A stretch of DNA of 59,688 nucleotides from Prolixibacteraceae bacterium UBA5740 (GTDB lineage Bacteria; Bacteroidota; Bacteroidia; Bacteroidales; Prolixibacteraceae), in contig DIFU01000105.1 in NCBI GenBank assembly GCA_002419285.1, forward strand, positions 32,970 through 92,657, in the 5' to 3' direction. Shown piece after piece: positions 42,016 through 50,209 of this stretch. The translations under genes were made by a program, and so were the position numbers. The notes below the pieces were generated by a model. It saw nothing but the letters and a program-made list of their open reading frames with translations. It did no database searches and had not been told where the DNA came from. The number at the start of each line of letters is the position of its first letter. Positions within the stretch are counted from its first letter, which is position 1.

Positions 42016-42049
42016 CAAAACTAAAAAACTAATTTGGTTTTAAAGTTTT
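42016..42049 (-). promoter_or_regulatory. Efflux operon promoter (TAGTTTTG) overlapped by an imperfect palindrome, probable TetR operator
   Basis: Minus-strand TAGTTTTG at 42023-42016; arms 42017-42032 and 42034-42049 match at 13 of 16 positions. Confidence 0.6.
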
Positions 42050-42202
42050 TGGCAGGATATTTAATAAGAAAATTTACAAAAAAACCATATGGATGCCTTT
42101 AACTTGCTCTCAAGCCTGCCTGAACAAATCAATGTGGAAGATAATTAGTAACTGCTTCATTTGAAAATTACTATTTTCGTAATAGAATTTTAAATTTCAA
42201 CC

Positions 42203-43180
42203 ATGCCATTGTTAAGTATCATTCTTTTAATTGTAGGTTTTATCTTGCTGATTATAGGAGCAGACAAGCTTGTTGAAGGTGCTTCGTCACTGGCAAAAAG
42301 GTATAATATACCAGAAATAGTCATCGGATTGACCATTGTTGCATTCGGCACTTCCGCACCTGAGTTGGCCATTAACCTGGTTGCAGCAATCAATGGAAGT
42401 ACAGACATTGTTCTCGGTAACGTTTTGGGAAGTAACATATTCAACGTTCTCCTAATCTTGGGTGTTGCAGCCATGATTAATCCGCTTAATGTTAAAAAAA
42501 ATACGGTAAAATATGAAATTCCATTCAGCTTGGTTGCAGCAGTTTTAGTTTTGCTATTAACTATGGATATCTGGTTCGGCTTTGGAGCAAACCAACTGGA
42601 ATCCAGGGATGGGATCATTCTTTTATTTTTTTTCGCCCTGTTCCTTTATTATAATTTTTTGTTGGTAAAAGCCAATCCCGGAGAGATGGAAGTTCATACC
42701 AAACTCCTACCATTATGGAAATCATTTCTATTTATGGTAGTAGGACTGGGTGGTCTCATATTGGGTGGACGACTTATCGTTGACAATGCCGTAAAAATTG
42801 CTGAGATTCTCGGCATTTCACAAAGGGTTATTGCCCTTACCATTGTTTCGATAGGCACATCGTTACCCGAACTGGCAACATCAGTAATGGCAGTCAGACG
42901 CAAGGAGGCCGATATTGCCATTGGGAACGTAGTTGGATCCAATATTTTTAACATCTTCCTTGTACTGGGTTCCTCTATTTTTATCAAAAATACAGTTGTT
43001 TCAAATGCATCCCTGACTGACATCTGGGTTAACATAGGTGCTGGCTTGCTTTTGATTGGATTTGTATTCCGGGGTGGTGATAAGTCCGCTGGAAAATGGC
43101 AAGGCTTGACGTTGGATTTCTGGGAAGGTCTTGCCTTTGTACTTCTTTATGCTGGATATATTACCTACCTGGTCATTTAA
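42203..43180 (+). CDS. Calcium/sodium antiporter (YrbG/CaCA family)
   Basis: Two alpha repeats, GTSAPE...GNVLGSNIFN and GTSLPE...GNVVGSNIFN. Confidence 0.93.
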   Translation: MPLLSIILLIVGFILLIIGADKLVEGASSLAKRYNIPEIVIGLTIVAFGTSAPELAINLVAAINGSTDIVLGNVLGSNIFNVLLILGVAAMINPLNVKKNTVKYEIPFSLVAAVLVLLLTMDIWFGFGANQLESRDGIILLFFFALFLYYNFLLVKANPGEMEVHTKLLPLWKSFLFMVVGLGGLILGGRLIVDNAVKIAEILGISQRVIALTIVSIGTSLPELATSVMAVRRKEADIAIGNVVGSNIFNIFLVLGSSIFIKNTVVSNASLTDIWVNIGAGLLLIGFVFRGGDKSAGKWQGLTLDFWEGLAFVLLYAGYITYLVI

Positions 43181-43191
43181 AATTGAATACG

Positions 43192-44010
43192 ATGAACAGA
43201 CAACATTCTATAATACTGAGCATTTTGTTCATTCTGGCTCATTTCGCCCTTGAAGCTCAAGAATCCAACCCAAATGCACTTATCCGGAAGGACATCCCGT
43301 ATTATGAACTCAACACCAGTGATACATACAAAAGCCAACGGTGCAGACTCGATCTTTATATCCCCGAGGCAGTTTCGGAATTTCCTACAGTAATATGGTT
43401 TCATGGCGGAGGACTCACTGGTGGGGAAAAATCTATCCCCGAACGGCTTTTAAACAAAGGTATTGCCATAGTATCCGTAAACTATCGACTGAATCCCCAA
43501 GTGAATAGTCCTGCATATATAGAAGATGCAGCAGCAGCGACAGCATGGGTTTTTCAAAACATTGAAAAATACGGAGGAGATATTAATAAGGTTATAATCG
43601 CTGGACACTCAGCAGGTGGATATCTGGCAATGATGGTAGGATTGGACAGACAGTGGCTGGCAAGACATAATATTGAGGCTGACAACATATTTTTGCTTGT
43701 ACCATTCAGCGGGCATACCATCACGCATATGACTATTAGGAAAGAAAGAGGTATTCCCGACACACAACCCATTGTTGATGAGATGGCTCCGTTATTTCAT
43801 GTAAGGCCCGATGCCCCGCCTCTCCATTTGATTACAGGGGATAGGGATCTTGAAATGTTAGGCAGATATGAAGAAAATGCCTATATGTGGAGAATGATGA
43901 AAGTTGCGGGGCACAAACAAACTCATCTTTATGAACTGCAAGGATTTGACCATGGGGGAATGGCAGAACCTGCCTTCGATTTGCTTTTAACGATTGTACG
44001 TAATCACTAA
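43192..44010 (+). CDS. Exported alpha/beta hydrolase (HSL-like esterase)
   Basis: HGGG oxyanion motif, GHSAG nucleophile, C-terminal DHG. Start trimmed to MNRQH. Confidence 0.88.
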   Translation: MNRQHSIILSILFILAHFALEAQESNPNALIRKDIPYYELNTSDTYKSQRCRLDLYIPEAVSEFPTVIWFHGGGLTGGEKSIPERLLNKGIAIVSVNYRLNPQVNSPAYIEDAAAATAWVFQNIEKYGGDINKVIIAGHSAGGYLAMMVGLDRQWLARHNIEADNIFLLVPFSGHTITHMTIRKERGIPDTQPIVDEMAPLFHVRPDAPPLHLITGDRDLEMLGRYEENAYMWRMMKVAGHKQTHLYELQGFDHGGMAEPAFDLLLTIVRNH

Positions 44011-44124
44011 ATTCTTCCTTTATTCACTGCACTTCCTTAATAAATCTAATGAAACTCAATACATTTAACCGAAAATTTTCTACCAAAAGTATTGTTTGAA
44101 TCAATTCTGATATTATCTTTGTAG

Positions 44125-44206
44125 TACTTCACGTCAGATAATGATCTGACATTGTGTGTTTGAGGGTTAACATTTGAAAAGGGGAGCTGTTGAGCTCCCT
44201 TTTTTT
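44125..44206 (+). ncRNA. Candidate small RNA (about 80 nt)
   Basis: TATCTTTG at 44114-44121, 7-bp hairpin GTCAGAT-AATG-ATCTGAC (44133-44150), G/U-rich linker, terminator with GUUG loop (44177-44206). No ORF. The 5' end is approximate. Confidence 0.55.
44177..44206. terminator. Intrinsic (probably bidirectional) terminator
   Basis: AAAAGGGGAGCT-GTTG-AGCTCCCTTTTT; abuts the stop codon of the convergent epimerase gene. Confidence 0.85.
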
Positions 44207-45353
44207 ATTTGAATATATCACTCTCAGGCTTCAGTTCCACACCAACTCCAGGACGGTCAGGCAGAATAATTTTTCCATCCACCACTTTTACTCCTTCAAA
44301 TACATCATTTGAAATCAGTAAATTCCCATCCAGATCCCCCCATCTGGCCAATGGTGACAACTGTGATGCCGCCGATACTGCGCATGAAGTTTCTGTCATG
44401 CACCCAAACATTACCTCCATTTTGATAGCCTTGGCAAGAGTAACCATTTCCCGGGCTGCCCTCAACCCACCACATTTCATTAATTTAATGTTTATTCCAG
44501 AATAAACACCATACAAAGACATTACGTCTTCCTTTGCCTGCAATGCTTCATCGGCGATTACAGGCAAGGGACTATTCAGGGTAAGCCAGGCTATATCGTC
44601 AATCGATTCTTTAGGCATGGGTTGTTCAACAAATACGACACCCTGATCCTTAAGCCAAAAAATCATATCCAGTGCCAATTGCCGATCAGTCCATCCCTGG
44701 TTTACATCGACACAAATCGGCACATTGGAAACCGATCTAACGGCAGTAATCATTTCCCGGTCATTATTCCGTCCGAGCTTGACTTTTAAAATGTTATAAG
44801 CAGAAGCTTCCTTCACCTTTTCCTGAACAACATTCGGCTCATCAATTCCAATGGTAAAACTTGTATCAGGCGTATCCTCAGGATTGAGACCCCACAATCG
44901 ATATAATGGCAGTCCTGCTATTTTTCCAATCAGATCATGCAAAGCAATATCAACTGATGCCTTTGCCGCATAGTTTCCCGGTGCTGACTTAAATACGTAG
45001 TCCAAGATATCTTCAACCAGAAAAGGATCATGGAATTGTGTCAGATCCAGACTATCTAAAAAATGCATCACGCTCTCCTGCGTCTCACCCAAATAAGGAG
45101 GCAAGCTCGCCTCTCCATATCCGGAAAATCCGTCGCAGGATAATCGTGTCAGAATAACCGGCGTTGTGGTCCTGGAATTCCCGGCAAGGGTAAATACATG
45201 TCGGAGTTGTAGCTCATAGGGCTTGAATGCCAATTTCAGCGGCCCACTCTTCCTTTCGGAGATACGCCCGATGCATCCATCTCCCGATGCAGTAACTAAA
45301 AATGCGCCTGCTGCCATGCCAGTTTTTTTTAAAAAATCGCGACGTTCAACCAT
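44205..45353 (-). CDS. L-Ala-D/L-Glu dipeptide epimerase (enolase superfamily) with Tat signal
   Basis: KVKLG, DVNQGW, EQP, ADE, NIKLMKCGG, DLDG; N-terminal ERRDFLK. Start trimmed to 45353. Confidence 0.92.
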   Translation of the reverse strand: MVERRDFLKKTGMAAGAFLVTASGDGCIGRISERKSGPLKLAFKPYELQLRHVFTLAGNSRTTTPVILTRLSCDGFSGYGEASLPPYLGETQESVMHFLDSLDLTQFHDPFLVEDILDYVFKSAPGNYAAKASVDIALHDLIGKIAGLPLYRLWGLNPEDTPDTSFTIGIDEPNVVQEKVKEASAYNILKVKLGRNNDREMITAVRSVSNVPICVDVNQGWTDRQLALDMIFWLKDQGVVFVEQPMPKESIDDIAWLTLNSPLPVIADEALQAKEDVMSLYGVYSGINIKLMKCGGLRAAREMVTLAKAIKMEVMFGCMTETSCAVSAASQLSPLARWGDLDGNLLISNDVFEGVKVVDGKIILPDRPGVGVELKPESDIFK

Positions 45354-45417
45354 TTCAATAAATTTAGGATATAAAACCAATCAAACGCTAATATTTTTGA
45401 GGATGGATTTCATTTCA

Positions 45418-46605
45418 TCAATTGACATACCACGGATGATCTTTAATCCTGACTATCCCAGTTTCTGAATGATGACCAATCATTCTGCGCGTTTCAAGAT
45501 AAGTTTCCGATAAATACGAACTAAATGGTTCTTTGCTGCTAACGATAGATTCTTGCTTCACCAAACCAGAAGCATGAATCACCAGATGATTACCGATCCA
45601 GATTCCAGTATGAATTACCCTTTGTGGCGTCTTCGATCCAAAAAAGAGTAAGTCTCCTGGTTGAAGTTGATCAAAGGTCGTATCGGAAGACACTTTCAAC
45701 CCATGATTGATCTGTTGCGAGGCATCCCTCTCGAGAATCAATCCATTGAGAAAGTATACCGTTTTAGTAAATCCACTACAATCAAAGGTTTTTGAAGAAG
45801 TACCACCCCACATATAAGGTATTCCGGTGAACCTGAGCGCTGACTCCACAATAGTCTTTCCGAGGGGAACGATTGTATCAGCCCAGGTGTTGAAATTAAT
45901 CCATTCATTCACAGAGGTAATACCTCTCCTCCCATCTGGGAGTATCACTCCGTAATGTGCATTGTACATTTCTTCAGCAACAACGATTGAGCCGGCAACA
46001 ATATCACTTACCGGAAAACCATCACTGGAAAAGACCATCCCATAAATACCTGTATAAAGGATACGGTTTTCTGTATTCCACCTTTCAAGATCCGATTCTG
46101 TCATAATTTTTACAGATGAATCATTGGTCCAGCCAATATAACGATCAGGAGTGCGAACCAAAAGCCAGCCCCTTTCTTTCTTCAGAATTTCCAAGGGAGT
46201 ACCCATGACTGCCTGCGTGCTAAGTTCTGCCGGATGTGAAGGTTTTATCCGGATATTTGCCACACTAACACATACAATCCCTCTGATTTCATTTCCAAGT
46301 AAAAACGAAGGTAAAAGCTCCAGACTATCAATCGCATCATAACCAGCCTGGGATATAAAATCAAAAATTTCATCCCTGGCATCGGATTCGGTAATCTCTC
46401 CCATCACAATAATTTTCTTTTGCCCGGCTGAGCGTATGTAAACATTAAATATACTTGTCCTACTATCGGAAACATACTCTTCCCCAATCTCTGAAATCCT
46501 ATTTTCCAGGTCTTCTAAACCTATCCTGGTGCATGATGTGAGGCCAAGAAATAAAACCAAAACAGAGATCGATAAATAATTTAAAAAGGTCTTTGTCAAA
46601 TGCAT
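45418..46605 (-). CDS. SH3b + NlpC/P60 peptidase (YkfC / dipeptidyl-peptidase VI type), lipoprotein
   Basis: PYMWGG, FDCSG, RDASQQ, HTG..IHAS catalytic motifs; lipobox LTSC. Start trimmed to MHLTK. Confidence 0.9.
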   Translation of the reverse strand: MHLTKTFLNYLSISVLVLFLGLTSCTRIGLEDLENRISEIGEEYVSDSRTSIFNVYIRSAGQKKIIVMGEITESDARDEIFDFISQAGYDAIDSLELLPSFLLGNEIRGIVCVSVANIRIKPSHPAELSTQAVMGTPLEILKKERGWLLVRTPDRYIGWTNDSSVKIMTESDLERWNTENRILYTGIYGMVFSSDGFPVSDIVAGSIVVAEEMYNAHYGVILPDGRRGITSVNEWINFNTWADTIVPLGKTIVESALRFTGIPYMWGGTSSKTFDCSGFTKTVYFLNGLILERDASQQINHGLKVSSDTTFDQLQPGDLLFFGSKTPQRVIHTGIWIGNHLVIHASGLVKQESIVSSKEPFSSYLSETYLETRRMIGHHSETGIVRIKDHPWYVN

Positions 46606-46634
46606 ATTTCTTGATTTTTGGATTGTAGAATATT

Positions 46635-48098
46635 TCAATTTAACCAAATTACATTCATCCGGTATCTCCAAAGGTTAAAATAAAGATTCCTGACATCAGA
46701 CTCCAACTCGCCCCTCTGAAAATCCCAGGGTTCACTTCTTAAATACATTTTCGGAGGATATAATTTTCCTCCGATATCAGAATTAACAATTAGTCTGTAT
46801 GCATCCAATCCACTAATATAAAACTCCTTCTCCCTGATATCGTCAGACTGCATTAATCCGAAAGATATATCAAGTGGCACCCAGCCAACACCTTCGTAAT
46901 AAACCTCGCACCAATCGTGCAAATTAACCTCATCAGGAAATAACATCCAGCCACTTTGCCATCTGACTGGAATTCCGTTAAAGCGGGCAAGTGTCATAAA
47001 CAGTAGCGTTTTCATTCCACAATCACCGCGAAAATTATCAAGCACATAACCCGGGATGTCAGGCATTACTCCATATTCTAAGGCACCAGCCCAAGGTATT
47101 GCACCGTCGATCCAATAAAATATTCGCCTGACAATTTCATGTGGGTCATTTTCGTGCCCAACCACTTCATCAGAAAGATCATTGATTCTTTCATTAAAGA
47201 CAATGTGGGGAGGCTGCTCTGCAGTATACCTTCGATATAATAAGGAAGTTGTGTCGTAAGGGAGGATATCCGCCTTTCTAAGATCAAACCAAACGGCATA
47301 AGACTCAAAAATTATCTTCTCCAAAAAATTTGCACCGCCTGTAGTATCTGCCGTTTGCTCCATATAAACACTTTGATGTGATGCATCATCTGGAGAAAAT
47401 TTTTCCTTGCCAGGGAAAAATAAAAGGGTCTCAAGTAACCTTTGTCGGCCGGTAATTACCTTTGGAAAAGGGAGCCAGCATTTCACCAGCTCTCCAGGAG
47501 AGACTGACCCGGACAAGAGATTTACGTTGTACTCCAACTGCATCTGAACCGGCCATACGGGTTCTCCCCTACCTGTGGATACAGCTAAAATCTTTCGAAG
47601 ATTGGCTAGTTTCACAGAGTCCTCATTGTCGTTATTAATAGGATCAACCAAATAGGAGAAGTGCCCATAATGGTTTAACAGTAGCTCTAGATTACTCACC
47701 GTTCTTTTAAAATAAAGTTTCTCACCGTCAATAAACATATATTCAAGCCAGTTTGCATTTTCCCAGCGCTGTTTATCTTCAGCAGAAAATTTTATCAATC
47801 TTATACTCAAGAGTGAATCGACCTGATTTTCCGTGAGGGAAAACTCCAATTTTAACCGTTCTGCCATATCCAATATGGAATCGATCTTCCATATAATCTG
47901 AGGAGTTTGGATTCTGCTTTTCAAACTATCGGCCCTTTGGGCAAGAGTGGAAAAATCTCCGAAGTTAAAATCTGTCAACAGTTCCTGTAAAATTGACTCC
48001 TTAACCTCCTTCGTTGTACATCCAATATGAAGCAAAAAAAGTAATACAACCAACCACTTTGCGATTATACAGAAATAGGATGGTATATTATTCTTCAT
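46635..48098 (-). CDS. Transglutaminase-like cysteine protease domain lipoprotein
   Basis: GDCG...GIPVR...HDWCEVY..GWVPLD Cys-His-Asp triad; lipobox-like HIGC. Start trimmed to MKNNIP. Confidence 0.85.
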   Translation of the reverse strand: MKNNIPSYFCIIAKWLVVLLFLLHIGCTTKEVKESILQELLTDFNFGDFSTLAQRADSLKSRIQTPQIIWKIDSILDMAERLKLEFSLTENQVDSLLSIRLIKFSAEDKQRWENANWLEYMFIDGEKLYFKRTVSNLELLLNHYGHFSYLVDPINNDNEDSVKLANLRKILAVSTGRGEPVWPVQMQLEYNVNLLSGSVSPGELVKCWLPFPKVITGRQRLLETLLFFPGKEKFSPDDASHQSVYMEQTADTTGGANFLEKIIFESYAVWFDLRKADILPYDTTSLLYRRYTAEQPPHIVFNERINDLSDEVVGHENDPHEIVRRIFYWIDGAIPWAGALEYGVMPDIPGYVLDNFRGDCGMKTLLFMTLARFNGIPVRWQSGWMLFPDEVNLHDWCEVYYEGVGWVPLDISFGLMQSDDIREKEFYISGLDAYRLIVNSDIGGKLYPPKMYLRSEPWDFQRGELESDVRNLYFNLWRYRMNVIWLN

Positions 48099-48399
48099 CA
48101 AGCCAGTATCTTTTTGACATTCTAAAAGTAATGTAATAATGATTTGCTTGTTACAGGTTCCGTAATACACTTTTTTTGATTTGAAGAGAATCAGAATGCG
48201 ATCACGATGATTCGTATCCCTTGAGGAATCAGTCAGTCTGACTTAATAATACTTCTCTAACCAGTATGCATGATCTCATAGACGATCGCATCCAGATAGT
48301 TGTGGTTGAAGAATCATTTGCTTTGATTTATCAAGGCCTAAAAAACAATCAAACCTTTTTATCTTTGTGTTTTCACGAAATATTAAAAACAATAATAAT

Positions 48400-49629
48400 A
48401 TGGCAAGAATCAATGAAAGCTATTTAAAACTGGCTGCAGGGTACCTATTTCCGGAAATTGGCCGCAGGGTCAACGAATTTGTTTTGGCTAACCCCGATAA
48501 ACGAGTGATCCGAATGGGTATTGGCGACGTCACTCAACCCCTTACTCCAACTGTCATTAAAGCGTTTCACGAAGGCGTTGAAGAAATGGCTGATGCCGGA
48601 ACATTCAAAGGATACGGTCCTGAGCAAGGGTATGAATTTCTAAGAAAAGCCATCTCGGAACATGCATTCAAAAGCCGTGGAATTGATATACCGGCCGATG
48701 ATATCTTTATTTCTGATGGATCAAAATGTGACACTGGCAACATTCAGGAGATTTTTGGGAACGACAATAAAATTGCCATTTGTGACCCTGTATATCCGGT
48801 ATATGCTGACACTACCGTTATGAGTGGAAAGACTGGAAAAATTCAGGATAATGGATATTACGAAGGGATTATTTATATGCCCTGCACGGCTGAAAACAAT
48901 TTCATCCCCGAATTGCCCGCAGAAACTCCGGATTTAATTTTCCTTTGCTATCCTAATAATCCGACTGGTGCTGTTGCAACAAAAGAAGAATTGCAAAAAT
49001 GGGTTGAATATGCGACAGAACACAAAAGTATCATACTTTTCGACGCGGCATATGAAGCATTTATTCAGGATGAATCCATTCCAAGGTCCATTTTTGAAAT
49101 TGAGGGGGCTAAAAATGTGGCTATTGAATTCAGGAGTCTTTCAAAAACAGCAGGGTTCACTGGAACAAGGTTGGCATATACTGTCATTCCTGCCGAACTT
49201 ATGGCATATGACGAATCAGGTAAACCCGTTCAAGTGAAGAAACTATGGAACCGTCGACATACAACCAAATTCAATGGTGTATCCTATCCGGTCCAAAAGG
49301 CTGCTGCCGCCATCTTTACCGTGGAAGGCAAAAAGGAGGTCGAGCAAACTGTCAATTACTATATGGAAAATGCCCACATCATGAAAGAAAGTCTGAAAGA
49401 AAGCGGATATACCGTATTCGGAGGAGATAATGCACCCTATATTTGGGTAAAGACACCAGCAGGGATGAAGTCGTGGGATTTTTTCGACAAAATGCTGAAT
49501 GAAGCCAATGTGGTGGGAACGCCCGGGTCAGGCTTCGGACCTGCAGGAGAGGGCTATTTCCGATTTTCCGCATTTGCCAATCGCCAAAATGTTCTTGAGG
49601 CGATGGACAGAATCCGGAAGCTTACATAG
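48400..49629 (+). CDS. dapL: LL-diaminopimelate aminotransferase
   Basis: [50 protein letters not shown] box at 48360-48367. Confidence 0.96.
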   Translation: MARINESYLKLAAGYLFPEIGRRVNEFVLANPDKRVIRMGIGDVTQPLTPTVIKAFHEGVEEMADAGTFKGYGPEQGYEFLRKAISEHAFKSRGIDIPADDIFISDGSKCDTGNIQEIFGNDNKIAICDPVYPVYADTTVMSGKTGKIQDNGYYEGIIYMPCTAENNFIPELPAETPDLIFLCYPNNPTGAVATKEELQKWVEYATEHKSIILFDAAYEAFIQDESIPRSIFEIEGAKNVAIEFRSLSKTAGFTGTRLAYTVIPAELMAYDESGKPVQVKKLWNRRHTTKFNGVSYPVQKAAAAIFTVEGKKEVEQTVNYYMENAHIMKESLKESGYTVFGGDNAPYIWVKTPAGMKSWDFFDKMLNEANVVGTPGSGFGPAGEGYFRFSAFANRQNVLEAMDRIRKLT

Positions 49630-49808
49630 CCAGTTCTGGATGGGTTAGCGATTGCTCATGAATAAGTTATTCACTTCCAGTGCTTAACAAATAGATAACA
49701 TAGTCTTGACAAATACCGTATGTTTCAAAAAAACTACTTTCCTTTGTATTTGTTATAGTGTTAACAACCTGAGTTACTGGTTGAAAATTTAAATTATTAT
49801 TTTATACC

Positions 49809-50117
49809 ATGAGCATTAAAAAACAATTCCTGAAATCGAAACCTGTTTGTAAGGTTGGTTTCAAGTTATCCAAAGAGCTAGCAGCCGGAGCTTCCAAAGC
49901 CAACATAGTTGGAGATTTTAACGGCTGGGACGAGTCTTCATTCGAAATGAATGCACTCAAGGATGGTTCCTTTTCATTCGCTGCCGATCTTGAAACCGGT
50001 CGTAGCTATCAATTCCGCTACCTTCTCGACGGCAATACCTGGATCAATGATGAGTCACCCGACGCCTATCAGCCCAGTGGCTTTGGTGAAGCACAGAATT
50101 CGGTCATCAATCTGTAA
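49809..50117 (+). CDS. Stand-alone isoamylase early-set / CBM48-like protein
   Basis: IVGDFNGW, YQFRYLLDG..W.ND. Confidence 0.85.
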   Translation: MSIKKQFLKSKPVCKVGFKLSKELAAGASKANIVGDFNGWDESSFEMNALKDGSFSFAADLETGRSYQFRYLLDGNTWINDESPDAYQPSGFGEAQNSVINL

Positions 50118-50153
50118 TGAGTCTTGGATCCTTTAAGGATCAGATCTACCCAT

Positions 50154-50191
50154 AAAAAAATCCACCAGTAATTTCTTCTGGTGGATTTTTT
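50154..50191. terminator. Bidirectional terminator
   Basis: AAAAAATCCACCAG/CTGGTGGATTTTTT. Confidence 0.85.
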
Positions 50192-50209
50192 CGCTTTGAT
50201 AAACAATTT

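Noticed and set aside
49659..50141. 7-1-7 palindromes TGAATAAGTTATTCA (49659-49673) and GATCCTTTAAGGATC (50127-50141)
   Set aside because: Unrelated to each other, located in 3' regions, with no adjacent regulator. Too little support.
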